This document shows, in pieces, positions 9,476-18,753 of a stretch of DNA of 64,000 bases. A program made the translations under genes and the position numbers. Source of the stretch: an uncultured Balneolaceae bacterium (GTDB taxonomy: Bacteria; Bacteroidota; Rhodothermia; Balneolales; Balneolaceae); NCBI GenBank assembly GCA_937125285.1, contig CAKZLH010000165.1, forward strand, positions 37,295 through 101,294, read 5' to 3'. The notes beneath the pieces are model-generated. The model was not told the origin of the DNA. It made no database searches and worked only from the letters and a program-made list of their open reading frames with translations. Position 1 is the first letter of the stretch, and the number at the start of each line of letters is the position of its first letter.

Positions 9476-11974
9476 ATGGAAGGAATTATTGGAAAGTGGC
9501 TCATAAATGCTTCATTTGTGAGTGCAATTGTAAGCTTGGTATTTTATGGCCTAGCAGCACGAGAAGATGATATCAAAAAAATTAAGTGGGCTCATGTCTT
9601 TTTCACCTTAAAAGGCTTGTTCTTACTCATGGCTTCAGTTGTACTGGTAAAGCTGATTTTTGATCATCAATTCCAGTACTACTACGTATTCAATTATACC
9701 AGTCTTGATTTAGCACCGAAATATCTTTGGTCTGCATTTTATGGAGGACAAGAAGGTAGCTTTATGTTATGGATACTCTTTTCATGGATAAGTGGATTCA
9801 TGCTTATCAAGTGGACCAGAGATCCCTACCGTGCACCGGTGATGTTCTTTTTAGTCTTAACACAAGTCTTTCTAATATCCATGATTGTGGGTTGGAAATG
9901 GGATGCCTTTAATTTAGGAGCATCCCCATTTAGAACCATAGCTGAAGAGATGCCTGATGCACCATTCATTCAGGCCAATCCTGATTTTGTGCCCGCTGAT
10001 GGTTCTGGGCTCAATGATTTACTTAAAAGTCCTTGGATGATGATTCATCCGCCTGTTCTATTTATAGGGTTTGCGATGATGACCATTCCCTATTGTTTTG
10101 CAATGGCAGCACTCTGGAAGCGAAAATATAATGAGTGGGTAAGTCCAGCACTACCTTGGACATTGGGCGCTAATTTAGCCTTGCTCACCGCTATTTTTCT
10201 AGGAGGGTACTGGGCTTATATTAGCTTGAGTTTTGGTGGTTATTGGGCTTGGGATCCTGTTGAAAATGCTTCTTTGGTACCTTGGTTAATTGGTACGGCA
10301 GGTATTCATACCATGATCATTCAACGCAAGAGTGCCGTAGCTCAAAAATCTTCCCTGTTATTCGCTATTCTTGCCTACATAGCCATAGTATATGAGACGT
10401 TTTTAACTAGATCGGGCATATTGGCCGATTCCTCTGTTCACAGCTTTGTTGATTTAGGTCTTTATAATCAACTTCTGATTTTCATGTTAGTGGTGATCAT
10501 AGCTGGTTTGGGTATGTTTTTCTATCGATACAAAGAGCTACCTAACCCGGATCAAGAGCATGGTGTGTTGACTCGAGAATTCATGACGGTTTCTGGTGCC
10601 ATGGCGCTATTTATACTAGGAGCTGTGATAATATTGGGTACAAGCTCTCCTATTATTGGCTTATTGTTCAATGAAAATCCAACACCACCAGAAATTAGTT
10701 TTTATAATGACTGGAGTATGCCTATTGCAATTGTTATGGCCTTAATGACCGTTATTGGGCAGATGCTATTTTGGCAAAAACATGACTCGGAATCATTATC
10801 TACTGCACTCATACAGCCTTTAATGGTTACTTCTTTCGTAACTATACTGGCAATTATGATTTATGATGTGAGGAATTTTTACTACATGATTTATCTATTT
10901 GCTGGTTTCTTTGCCATAACGGGTAACCTATGGGTGCTCATACGACTTGCCATGAAGCAGCCCAAGCTCATCGGTGGAACGACTACCCACGTCGGTTTTG
11001 GCTTGTTGTTGGTCGGGATTTTATTCTCATCTGCCTATAACAGCCCTCTTTTAGACCCTAGAACTGCCGATTACAATGAACGAGTACTTGCCGGCGCGGT
11101 TACGGATGAACAGGGTTTTAGAGTTTCTCAGACAGTAGAGATGTTGGAATTAAAGCTGAATACTCCAAAAATCTTGAATGGTCGTTATGAAGTAAACTAC
11201 GGAGGTTATTCCATTGATAACCAAAATAGACCTGGTCAACAAACATACGCACTGAGTTTTAAAGATTTACAGACCGACCGAGTTTTTTACATGAATCCCG
11301 AAGTGTACCCAATGTTAACCACATCTACTGCTGATAATATTCAGTGGTCAGTAGATCCTGATGTAAGAACGGGTTGGTTACATGATATTTATCTGTATGT
11401 GGCGGGTAGTTCCTATATCGAAAAAGTGAACAATCGTAATGCCACTAACGCGGTTATGCAAAATGTCTCGAATAGTGCTGATAGTTTGTCACAGAACACT
11501 AAGAGCATAGAGCAAGTAGTGAGTTTCCGTCGAGGTGAGAATAAAGAATTAGGCCCCTATATTTTTAGGTTCAATGATTTTATTATGGTCGATTCAACAG
11601 ATGTGCCAAATGAGCGAGGAGTAGGTGTTAGGGCACAAATCGACTTTACTCACATACCGAGTAATACCCAATACAGTTTGGAGCCACTGTTTGCAGTTTA
11701 TAATGAGGATGGTGAGAGTTATACGGCCTCATTTCCAGTAAATATTGAAGCCTATGAGTTAGAAGTTCGATTTACAAAACTTGATCCTGAAAATGATAGT
11801 ATCGAATTAACCATAGTTGGTTTACCTGAGGGATTAGAAGACGAATGGATTCTTATTGTGGCTGAAAAAAAACCATTAATATCTGTTGTATGGGCCGGGA
11901 CCTTCTTATTAATGATTGGTTTTAGTATTTCTATTTTCCGACATTGGGGAAGAGAACGTAAACTATCGGTTTAA
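9476..11974 (+). CDS. ccmF: cytochrome c-type biogenesis protein CcmF (long form)
   Basis: 832 aa, polytopic; WWD motif GGYWAWDPVENASLVPWL; has a soluble insert of about 200 aa before the last TM segment. Confidence 0.9.
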   Translation: MEGIIGKWLINASFVSAIVSLVFYGLAAREDDIKKIKWAHVFFTLKGLFLLMASVVLVKLIFDHQFQYYYVFNYTSLDLAPKYLWSAFYGGQEGSFMLWILFSWISGFMLIKWTRDPYRAPVMFFLVLTQVFLISMIVGWKWDAFNLGASPFRTIAEEMPDAPFIQANPDFVPADGSGLNDLLKSPWMMIHPPVLFIGFAMMTIPYCFAMAALWKRKYNEWVSPALPWTLGANLALLTAIFLGGYWAYISLSFGGYWAWDPVENASLVPWLIGTAGIHTMIIQRKSAVAQKSSLLFAILAYIAIVYETFLTRSGILADSSVHSFVDLGLYNQLLIFMLVVIIAGLGMFFYRYKELPNPDQEHGVLTREFMTVSGAMALFILGAVIILGTSSPIIGLLFNENPTPPEISFYNDWSMPIAIVMALMTVIGQMLFWQKHDSESLSTALIQPLMVTSFVTILAIMIYDVRNFYYMIYLFAGFFAITGNLWVLIRLAMKQPKLIGGTTTHVGFGLLLVGILFSSAYNSPLLDPRTADYNERVLAGAVTDEQGFRVSQTVEMLELKLNTPKILNGRYEVNYGGYSIDNQNRPGQQTYALSFKDLQTDRVFYMNPEVYPMLTTSTADNIQWSVDPDVRTGWLHDIYLYVAGSSYIEKVNNRNATNAVMQNVSNSADSLSQNTKSIEQVVSFRRGENKELGPYIFRFNDFIMVDSTDVPNERGVGVRAQIDFTHIPSNTQYSLEPLFAVYNEDGESYTASFPVNIEAYELEVRFTKLDPENDSIELTIVGLPEGLEDEWILIVAEKKPLISVVWAGTFLLMIGFSISIFRHWGRERKLSV

Positions 11975-11993
11975 TCAGCATTTTTGGACTAAT

Positions 11994-12770
11994 ATGAATC
12001 TAAAACAGAAACACATGCAGCGCTTAGGTATAGCAGCTCTGATTTGTTTTGTGGTACTATTTAGCTCTTCAATTTATGCTCAACATTCGATTGTTTATCC
12101 AACACAACATGCTATTGGTCCGTATTCATCACCGAATGAAGGGTCATATTTGTTTGCTGATTTAGGTGAAGAGCCCAAACAACCATCTGCAGCGCTTAGA
12201 AGGTCATTACTGCTTCCAGGTTGGGGAGAATATTATGCTAATCCAAAATCTTGGACTCGTGGACAATGGCATATGGCCGCCGATATCAGTATGATTTTGT
12301 CCTATCTTGGAATTAGCTATCGCTCTATACAGCTTGAAGATGAACTCATTACCTTCGCTCGTAGTAAAGCTGGGATTGATTTGAGTGGGAGGGATCGAGA
12401 ATGGTACCTCGCTGTTTCCAATCATAACACTCTTGATCTCTACAACGATTATTTACTTAGGACCAGGAATTGGAATCAATTAATTGAAGATAATAGTATC
12501 AATCAATGGTCTTGGTCCGAGACTTCCGATAGAAGTGAATTTAATCGTATGCGAGAACAGATAGATAAAAGTAAAAATCAGCTACCCGCTTTACTTACCC
12601 TTATGGTACTCAATCGAGTTGTAAGCGGTATACATGCCTTTGGTTTAGTACGGGATTCCAACAAGTTGATGGATTCTTCGAATGCTACACTATATACTCG
12701 TTTGGGTATCCTTCAACCCGAAAGGAGTAATCAGAGTTATGTAGGACTAGAGCTTCGCCTTAGCTTTTAG
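11994..12770 (+). CDS. hypothetical secreted protein
   Basis: The ORF track starts at 11916, inside ccmF; the ATG at 11994 (MNLKQKHMQRLGIAALICF...) gives a signal peptide and no overlap. Confidence 0.5.
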   Translation: MNLKQKHMQRLGIAALICFVVLFSSSIYAQHSIVYPTQHAIGPYSSPNEGSYLFADLGEEPKQPSAALRRSLLLPGWGEYYANPKSWTRGQWHMAADISMILSYLGISYRSIQLEDELITFARSKAGIDLSGRDREWYLAVSNHNTLDLYNDYLLRTRNWNQLIEDNSINQWSWSETSDRSEFNRMREQIDKSKNQLPALLTLMVLNRVVSGIHAFGLVRDSNKLMDSSNATLYTRLGILQPERSNQSYVGLELRLSF

Positions 12771-12773
12771 GAC

Positions 12774-13616
12774 ATGGCTCGCTATTTCATAGAAATAGAA
12801 TTTAATGGGTCTGATTTTTCGGGATGGCAACTTCAACCCGAAGCGAACACCATTGAAGGGGCTATAGAGCAAGCATTTGAAACTATCTTACAGCGCCCAA
12901 TCGATTTGGTGGGGCAGGGCAGAACAGATGCTGGAGTTCATGCAACGGCGCAGATAGCTCATGTCGATCTTGCCGAAAACGACTGGATTAGGTTGGGACA
13001 GTCTGGCACGGTCAGTGAAAATCATGATTCTGAAATTTCGCTACTCTTGCATCGTGCAAATAGAATGTTGAGCCCTAATGTATTTCTTAGAAGCATGAGA
13101 AGGGTAAAAGAGGTGGCGCACGCCCGGTTTGATGCGTTATCTAGATGCTATGAATATAGGGTACTCATTGAACCAAGCCCTATCCTGGCTCATCAAGCAT
13201 GGTACCCTGGTTTTAAGCCCGATTTGGAGCAGTTAATACCTCTCGCCACGGCACTTTTGGGTGAACATGATTTTGAAGCTATTTCAAAAACTAATCCTGA
13301 TAATTTCACTACCATATGCACTATTTATGAATCTTCGTGGGCGCTTGAGGGTAAGGTTTTAGTCTACCGTGTGAAAGCAAATAGATTCCTAAGGAACATG
13401 GTTAGACGACTTGTAGGCTCCATGGTTCAGCTGGTTCGAGGTAACGACCAATTAATACAGCATACAATAGAAATGATTGCTGGGAATGAGCTAAATACTC
13501 ACGATCTAGATCATTTATGGATTGAACAACTCAAAGACCATCAAAAATTTACAGCTCCTGCAGAGGCCTTATATCTTGTTGCGGTTGATTATCCATCGGA
13601 TTGCTACACCGATTGA
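12774..13616 (+). CDS. truA: tRNA pseudouridine(38-40) synthase TruA
   Basis: 280 aa; catalytic GRTDAGVHA motif and FLRNMVRRLVG block. Confidence 0.9.
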   Translation: MARYFIEIEFNGSDFSGWQLQPEANTIEGAIEQAFETILQRPIDLVGQGRTDAGVHATAQIAHVDLAENDWIRLGQSGTVSENHDSEISLLLHRANRMLSPNVFLRSMRRVKEVAHARFDALSRCYEYRVLIEPSPILAHQAWYPGFKPDLEQLIPLATALLGEHDFEAISKTNPDNFTTICTIYESSWALEGKVLVYRVKANRFLRNMVRRLVGSMVQLVRGNDQLIQHTIEMIAGNELNTHDLDHLWIEQLKDHQKFTAPAEALYLVAVDYPSDCYTD

Positions 13617-13708
13617 TTTTTCGGGTTGAAGAGTATTTATTTAGATTTTTTCTAAATAAGACGAGCTATTTATTAATTTTGTTCTTAATTTAGAATCAGT
13701 CTAATTAA

Positions 13709-16036
13709 ATGCAAGGCTCATCATCAACCCACCTTACTCCAATTATGCCACCACATTGTTGCAATCTAGATTCTTCTAACCGAAAGTCTGAAAAAAGAAT
13801 ACCAACCAAATTTCGCATAACACTGGTTATGTTGATAGCTACCATTTTAGCCTTAGCAGCAACTGAACTGCGTGCTCAAGTAGCCCCTACAGATAGTCAA
13901 AGAGTAAAAGAAATTAGTACCATTGAACTCGACAGAATTACGGTAACCGCACGTCCTCAGTGGAAAAATGAAACACCGGGTGTGGCTTCTTATTTGGGGG
14001 TAGAACAACTTAGCACTTTTGATTATGCTAATGTGCATCGCGTATTAAGTCAAGTAGGAGGTATCTATATACAGGAAGAGGATGGCTTTGGATTACGACC
14101 AAATATAGGAATGCGTGGGACGGGAGTGGCGAGAAGTGCAAAAATCACCTTAATGGAAGATGGTGTACTTGCAGCACCAGCCCCATACAGTGCTCCAGCC
14201 GCTTATTATTTTCCAACGATGGCACGAATGGAAGGGGTTGAAGTGCGTAAAGGTTCTTCACAAATTAAATACGGTCCTTATACTACCGGGGGCGCCTTAA
14301 ACCTATTGTCGGCCCGTATACCCTTTGAGTGGAATGCTTCCGCAAGATTAACAGCAGGTGGTTTTGGAAGCGAGAAATTAGGGTTAAAGATAGGGGATAC
14401 TCGAGGGCAATTTGGATATGTCTTTCAGGGGCTTATACAATCCAATAATGGGTTTAAGGAATTACCGAACGGTATGGAAACGGGTTTCGATATACAGGAT
14501 TATGTGTTGAAATTACGGTTTCAATCCGACTCATCATCCCCCCGTTTTCAGCGTTTAGAAGTAAAAGCAGGTCATTATGATGAATTATCACATGAAACCT
14601 ATCTAGGTTTAAGCTATGATGACTTTAATAAAGATCCTTTTCAACGTTATGCTTCCACAGCATTAGACCAAATGACTGCGGATCAAAATCAGATTAATGC
14701 CAAGTATTTTACTCAGTGGTCGAGTGGATGGAACGCTACATTTACCGTTTATCAACAGATTGTAAGACGTAACTGGTACAAATTAGATAAGGTTTCGGGC
14801 AGTAGTATTTCATCAATAGTAATGAATCCTCATAGGTATACCAGTGAGTATAATGCATTGAAAGGTTTAAATACCGAAGGTGTTGATTATTCTATTAAGG
14901 CCAACAACCGTGAATACTATTCCAGAGGTGTTCAATTACAAGTTTCACAGCAGTGGAGATGGTTGGGCTCCAGCCTTAGATACGAAGCAGGGCTTAGATT
15001 TCATAGCGATGGGATGGACCGCTTTCAGTGGGTAGACTCCTATCGTATGGAAGAGTCATCATTACTCTTGAATCGAGAAGGAACTCCTGGAACAGACAGT
15101 AATCGTTTAGAGACGGCAACTGCTTGGGCGGGATATTCACAGATAGAGTGGGTGAAAGGTGCGTTCAGTATTAGCCCTGGAATTCGGGTCGAACACATCG
15201 ATTTAAACCGAGATGACTATGGAAAAGAAGACCCCAGTAGAAGTGCTAGTAATCTTCGCACAACTAATAATACACTATGGGCCATAATGCCAGGATTGGG
15301 CATCAATTATGAAATTTTAAACGGGTTGAATCTATTTGGCGGCATTCACAAAGGATTTGCCCCTCCATCCCCTGGATCCGAGCAAGGTACCGATGCAGAA
15401 AAGAGTATTAACTATGAATTAGGAGCCCGTTTAAATAATCAAGAAACACTTTTAGTAGAAACGGCTCTATTTTTTAATGCCTATGACAACCTATTGGGCA
15501 ATGACTTATCGGCTGCAGGTGGTGGAGGGGGAACGGCGCAATTTAATGCAGGTGAAGTAAGTGTTTGGGGGCTTGAGTTCACAAGCTCCTATGAAATAAT
15601 AGCTTTGAATGGCGAACTCATCATTCCATTAAGATTGGCATATACCTACACAGGATCTAAATTTCATTCTACTTTTGAAAGTGATTATGAACCATGGGCC
15701 CAAGTTACGATAGGTGATGAATTACCCTATTTACCTAGTCATCAATGGCATGTTAGTGGGGGTATTTCAAAAGGGCCTATTCAGGCAGATGTAAATTATC
15801 GACATCAGTCAAAAGTGCGAATTACAGCTGGACAAGAAATGATTAGTATGGTTAATGGATTGGAAGGGCAACATGTCGTCGATCTTAGTATGTCGTATCG
15901 GTTAAATGAGCGAGCTACTTTGCAAACCCACGTTCGAAATCTAATGAATACACGGTATGCTGTAGCAGCCCGCCCCGCGGGATATCGACCTGGCATGCCT
16001 AGAATGATTGAGGCGGGTGTACGCATAGAGTTTTAA
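13709..16036 (+). CDS. TonB-dependent receptor
   Basis: 775 aa; plug-domain motifs (ITVTA, GLRPNIGMRG), a long beta-barrel and C-terminal GVRIEF; the true start may be an internal Met before the LALAATELRAQ signal. Confidence 0.85.
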   Translation: MQGSSSTHLTPIMPPHCCNLDSSNRKSEKRIPTKFRITLVMLIATILALAATELRAQVAPTDSQRVKEISTIELDRITVTARPQWKNETPGVASYLGVEQLSTFDYANVHRVLSQVGGIYIQEEDGFGLRPNIGMRGTGVARSAKITLMEDGVLAAPAPYSAPAAYYFPTMARMEGVEVRKGSSQIKYGPYTTGGALNLLSARIPFEWNASARLTAGGFGSEKLGLKIGDTRGQFGYVFQGLIQSNNGFKELPNGMETGFDIQDYVLKLRFQSDSSSPRFQRLEVKAGHYDELSHETYLGLSYDDFNKDPFQRYASTALDQMTADQNQINAKYFTQWSSGWNATFTVYQQIVRRNWYKLDKVSGSSISSIVMNPHRYTSEYNALKGLNTEGVDYSIKANNREYYSRGVQLQVSQQWRWLGSSLRYEAGLRFHSDGMDRFQWVDSYRMEESSLLLNREGTPGTDSNRLETATAWAGYSQIEWVKGAFSISPGIRVEHIDLNRDDYGKEDPSRSASNLRTTNNTLWAIMPGLGINYEILNGLNLFGGIHKGFAPPSPGSEQGTDAEKSINYELGARLNNQETLLVETALFFNAYDNLLGNDLSAAGGGGGTAQFNAGEVSVWGLEFTSSYEIIALNGELIIPLRLAYTYTGSKFHSTFESDYEPWAQVTIGDELPYLPSHQWHVSGGISKGPIQADVNYRHQSKVRITAGQEMISMVNGLEGQHVVDLSMSYRLNERATLQTHVRNLMNTRYAVAARPAGYRPGMPRMIEAGVRIEF

Positions 16037-16129
16037 TCACTTAAGTCTTTAATAACTACACTAGCAAAGATCTTTAAGAAAAACTTAAAAAAGTGATTTT
16101 TAGTATTGACTGAAGTGTTTGATTATGTC

Positions 16130-16137
16130 TATATTTG
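16130..16137 (+). promoter_or_regulatory. candidate Bacteroidota-type -7 box (TAnnTTTG) upstream of tRNA-Asn
   Basis: TATATTTG lies 31 nt upstream of the mature tRNA 5' end. Confidence 0.35.
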
Positions 16138-16168
16138 ACCCTCACAAAATTATTTTTGTGTGTCACTT

Positions 16169-16240
16169 TCCTCGGTAGCTCAGTGGCAGAGCAATCGGCT
16201 GTTAACCGATCGGTCGTTGGTTCGAATCCAACCCGGGGAG
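16169..16240 (+). tRNA. tRNA-Asn (anticodon GTT)
   Basis: Hand-folded cloverleaf: acceptor TCCTCGG/CCGGGGA (one G-U pair), D arm GCTCAGTGGCAGAGC, anticodon loop CTGTTAA, T arm GTTGGTTCGAATCCAAC, discriminator G; CCA is not encoded. Confidence 0.9.
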
Positions 16241-16404
16241 CTTCAAAAGCCTCAGATCTATGATCCGGGGCTTTTTTCGTTTAGGCCGATCAACGACCGA
16301 TCGGATCGGTCGTTTGGTTCTGCCGAAGGCATCCCTTTGGGAGAATCCAACCCGGGGAGCCAGGCCTATCAAAGATGCGAACATTCACAGTGTTCGCATT
16401 TTTT
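16233..16404. repeat. left 172-bp direct repeat (attL-like)
   Basis: Checked base by base against 46276-46447. Contains the last 8 nt of the tRNA, hairpin + T-run 16248-16278, a degenerate tRNA-Asn 3' half at 16296-16359 and hairpin + T-run 16377-16404. Confidence 0.9.
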
Positions 16405-17990
16405 ATTTCATCCCATTGTGCCTCTAATCGCTTGTCAGCGAGGTATTTTATATTGATTGTCCCATCGTTAGTTTTTTGGTTAACAAAAGTTTCGACGTTT
16501 TTGACCAAAACTTTCGTTAATTCTCTTCTCATTCCAATATCGCTGTCATTGTACTTAGTAATGAATTCATTCAACAATTTCTTGTGAGCTGTTTTGCCAA
16601 TTGGCTTTCTGAGCTTTAATTGTTCAAGCTGATTTTTTAAAAATTCTATCTCGTTTTCTTTTTCTTCAATATTAAGGATTATGGATTCCAACTGGGAGGC
16701 ATAAGTTTCCTTAAGTGTAGAACTAGCATTATCGGTTACAAGCTTAAGTGTGTTAGTCTTATCCTTCAGAAGAGACTTAAGTGTCTGCTGGATACGTTTG
16801 ATTCTAGATTCAAGTTCTTGAATTTGATCCTCACCTTCAAATTTGAGTCGCTTACGCATGGCTTCCATTAGCTCAGGCGCTTTCAACAAGCATTGTATCG
16901 TTTCTATTACAAAATCATCTAGTATGGTAACAGAAAGATCTTTTGGATTATGTTCTTCTGTACTTCCCATTTTGTTCTTCTCAGAGCATTTATAGTAGTA
17001 GTATTTTTGTTTAGCTCGGTTTGTAGTACTAGAGATAGTCATACCGCCTGCACAAAAACCACATGTACAAATACCTGTAAGTATAGCAGGGGTAGCACTT
17101 TTGATCGGCTGGTGCTTATTTGGATTTACATTATTCGCCTGTAAGAGCTTTTGAACTTGATCAAAAGTTTCCTGTTCAATAATTGAATCATGTATCCCTT
17201 TATAAATAGTGCCATCTATTTCGTATTGACCAATATATAAGCGCGAGTTTAATACACTCAAAATAGAACTGACATTGAATTTTCCACCACCTTTAGCTTT
17301 TCCTTTTCTTGATACATACGATTTATTACGAAAGCCTTCCGCATTAAGAGCTTTCGCAACATCTCTAGATGATTTCAGCTTCAAGTAGCGATAAAATATT
17401 TCCTTAACTAGGATTGATTCTTCTTCATTGATGATCAGTTTTCGATCGACGATATCGTATCCTAATCGAGGAGTACCTCCTGGCCAGAATCCTTGTTTTA
17501 CGGTTTCGATTCTTTTTTCTCGTGTTCGCTCTGAAACCATTTCCCTCTCAAATTCAGCAAAAACCAGTAGCATTCGCTGTAGCGCTTTACCAGCTGCGCT
17601 TGAGGTATCAATTTCCTGTGTTACGGCAGCAATATCTACTTCATATTCTTCTAATCGTTCAAAGAAATTCAAGAAGTCTTTGAGGCTCCGTGATACACGG
17701 TCAATTTTAGTAACTACCAGCAAGTCGAACTTTCCTGCTTTTGCGTCTTTTAGTAAGCGCTCTATACCTGGTCGTTTTAGGTCTTTTCCAGACTTGGTAT
17801 CCCTGTATACTTCACTAACCTTTATATGTGGTGAGCCTGGAGTCGTTATTTGATTTCTTTGCTCAATCCATGTTCTGCATTGATTCTCCTGACCATTCAG
17901 GGAGCTAAATTCATTATCAGACTGTTCGACGGTTGAAACCCTGATATAGATTGCGGCTTTGAGAGTTTGCTTTTTCTTCTTTTTTGCCAT
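16290..17990 (-). CDS. large serine recombinase (integrase)
   Basis: 566 aa; N-terminal resolvase domain AAIYIRVSTVEQ, recombinase domain, Cys cluster CTCGFCAGGM...YYYYKCS, coiled-coil tail; the last ~38 codons lie inside the direct repeat. Confidence 0.9.
   Translation of the reverse strand: MAKKKKKQTLKAAIYIRVSTVEQSDNEFSSLNGQENQCRTWIEQRNQITTPGSPHIKVSEVYRDTKSGKDLKRPGIERLLKDAKAGKFDLLVVTKIDRVSRSLKDFLNFFERLEEYEVDIAAVTQEIDTSSAAGKALQRMLLVFAEFEREMVSERTREKRIETVKQGFWPGGTPRLGYDIVDRKLIINEEESILVKEIFYRYLKLKSSRDVAKALNAEGFRNKSYVSRKGKAKGGGKFNVSSILSVLNSRLYIGQYEIDGTIYKGIHDSIIEQETFDQVQKLLQANNVNPNKHQPIKSATPAILTGICTCGFCAGGMTISSTTNRAKQKYYYYKCSEKNKMGSTEEHNPKDLSVTILDDFVIETIQCLLKAPELMEAMRKRLKFEGEDQIQELESRIKRIQQTLKSLLKDKTNTLKLVTDNASSTLKETYASQLESIILNIEEKENEIEFLKNQLEQLKLRKPIGKTAHKKLLNEFITKYNDSDIGMRRELTKVLVKNVETFVNQKTNDGTINIKYLADKRLEAQWDEIKNANTVNVRIFDRPGSPGWILPKGCLRQNQTTDPIGR
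16296..16359 (+). pseudogene. degenerate copy of the tRNA-Asn 3' half with a T-loop insertion
   Basis: ACCGATCGG..ATCGGTCGTTTGGTTC[TGCCGAAGGCATCCCTTTGGGAG]AATCCAACCCGGGGAG compared with the tRNA CCGATCGGTCGTTGGTTCGAATCCAACCCGGGGAG; no 5' half; a second copy lies at 46339-46402. Confidence 0.7.
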
Positions 17991-18122
17991 TTATGACTGT
18001 TTGTTGTTTAAAACTTGGTACCCTAAATAACCTAATAAATGCGCTAAATTCCTTTTTATTTGTATGATAGTGACATGAAGTGACACTGTTGCTAGTTATA
18101 TTAAAGGTGCTATACTATTATA

Positions 18123-18139
18123 TTGTAGAATAACTACAA
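18123..18139. promoter_or_regulatory. palindromic operator candidate O1 (TTGTAG-N5-CTACAA)
   Basis: Perfect 6-bp arms, located between the divergent recombinase gene and the defence operon. Confidence 0.45.
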
Positions 18140-18148
18140 TAAATTAAA

Positions 18149-18179
18149 TTTGCGCTAAAGAAAAATATATTTATCTTTG
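18149..18179 (+). promoter_or_regulatory. candidate Bacteroidota-type promoter of the defence operon (-33 TTTG / -7 TATCTTTG)
   Basis: TTTG at 18149-18152 and TAnnTTTG at 18172-18179, 19 nt apart, 17 nt upstream of the ATG at 18196. Confidence 0.4.
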
Positions 18180-18193
18180 TAGAAATTCTACAA
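18177..18193. promoter_or_regulatory. palindromic operator candidate O2 (TTGTAG-N5-CTACAA)
   Basis: Same half-sites as O1, centre-to-centre distance 54 bp; overlaps the -7 box and ends 3 nt before the start codon. Confidence 0.45.
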
Positions 18194-18195
18194 TA

Positions 18196-18753
18196 ATGAT
18201 GAAATTAGGAAAAATATCAGATATAAGTTTTGGGTCAGTTACTAGAACTGGTTCAAAAGGGGAAATACCATGTCTTCAAGTTGCTAATATATCAACGGAT
18301 GGAGATTTGGATTTTGATAAGACTTATTATGTAGTAGGTAAGATGAAAGGAGATCATGTTTTACTTCCTTCAAACAGTATAGTATTACCGGCGAAGGGGC
18401 AAAAGTTTTCTTCTGCATTAATAACCGAAGAGCAGTCAAATACTTTTGTAGCGAGTTCATCACTATTTGTGATTCAAGTCAATACTCGTTCAATTATTCC
18501 TGAATATCTGCAATGGTACTTAAATCAGTCTAAAATTAAATGGCGGTTAGAATCACTGTCTACGGGTTCAAACATTTCCTCGTTATCAATAAAAGAGTTG
18601 AGGAATCTTAGAGTTGAGGTGCCTGAGTTAGATATTCAGAGAAAAATCGTTGAACTAAAGAAGATGCAGGAAAAGGAATTAGTTCTTATTCAAAGGCTTG
18701 GCCAAAAAAGAAAAAAATTAATCGAAGCAATAACGAAAGAGTTAATACAATGA
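18196..18753 (+). CDS. hsdS: type I R-M specificity subunit, half-size (single target-recognition domain)
   Basis: 185 aa with one TRD and one C-terminal conserved helix (RKIVELKKMQEKELVLIQRLGQKRKKLIEAI); its stop overlaps the hsdM start. Confidence 0.65.
   Translation: MMKLGKISDISFGSVTRTGSKGEIPCLQVANISTDGDLDFDKTYYVVGKMKGDHVLLPSNSIVLPAKGQKFSSALITEEQSNTFVASSSLFVIQVNTRSIIPEYLQWYLNQSKIKWRLESLSTGSNISSLSIKELRNLRVEVPELDIQRKIVELKKMQEKELVLIQRLGQKRKKLIEAITKELIQ

Noticed and set aside
11916-11993. The upstream start at 11916 for the 284-aa ORF
   Set aside because: That start lies inside ccmF and gives a non-signal N-terminus. The ATG at 11994 yields a typical signal peptide and removes the overlap.
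13637-13659. Perfect 9-bp inverted repeat TTATTTAGA-N5-TCTAAATAA upstream of the TonB-dependent receptor as a Fur-type iron box
   Set aside because: It consists mostly of A/T and does not match the Fur consensus as I recall it. It could equally be a weak truA terminator, so it is not reported as a feature.
16296-16359. The tRNA-like sequence inside the direct repeat as a second functional tRNA or suppressor tRNA
   Set aside because: Only the 3' half is recognisable. There is no acceptor 5' strand, D arm or anticodon loop, and the T-loop is split by a 23-nt insertion.
16160-16456. ORFs overlapping the tRNA and the repeats (16160..16456, 16202..16384, 46203..46478, 46209..46427, 46267..46491, 46333..46521)
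   Set aside because: They run through a tRNA gene, terminator hairpins and the att repeats. They occur in both copies only because the DNA is duplicated, and they have no coding features.
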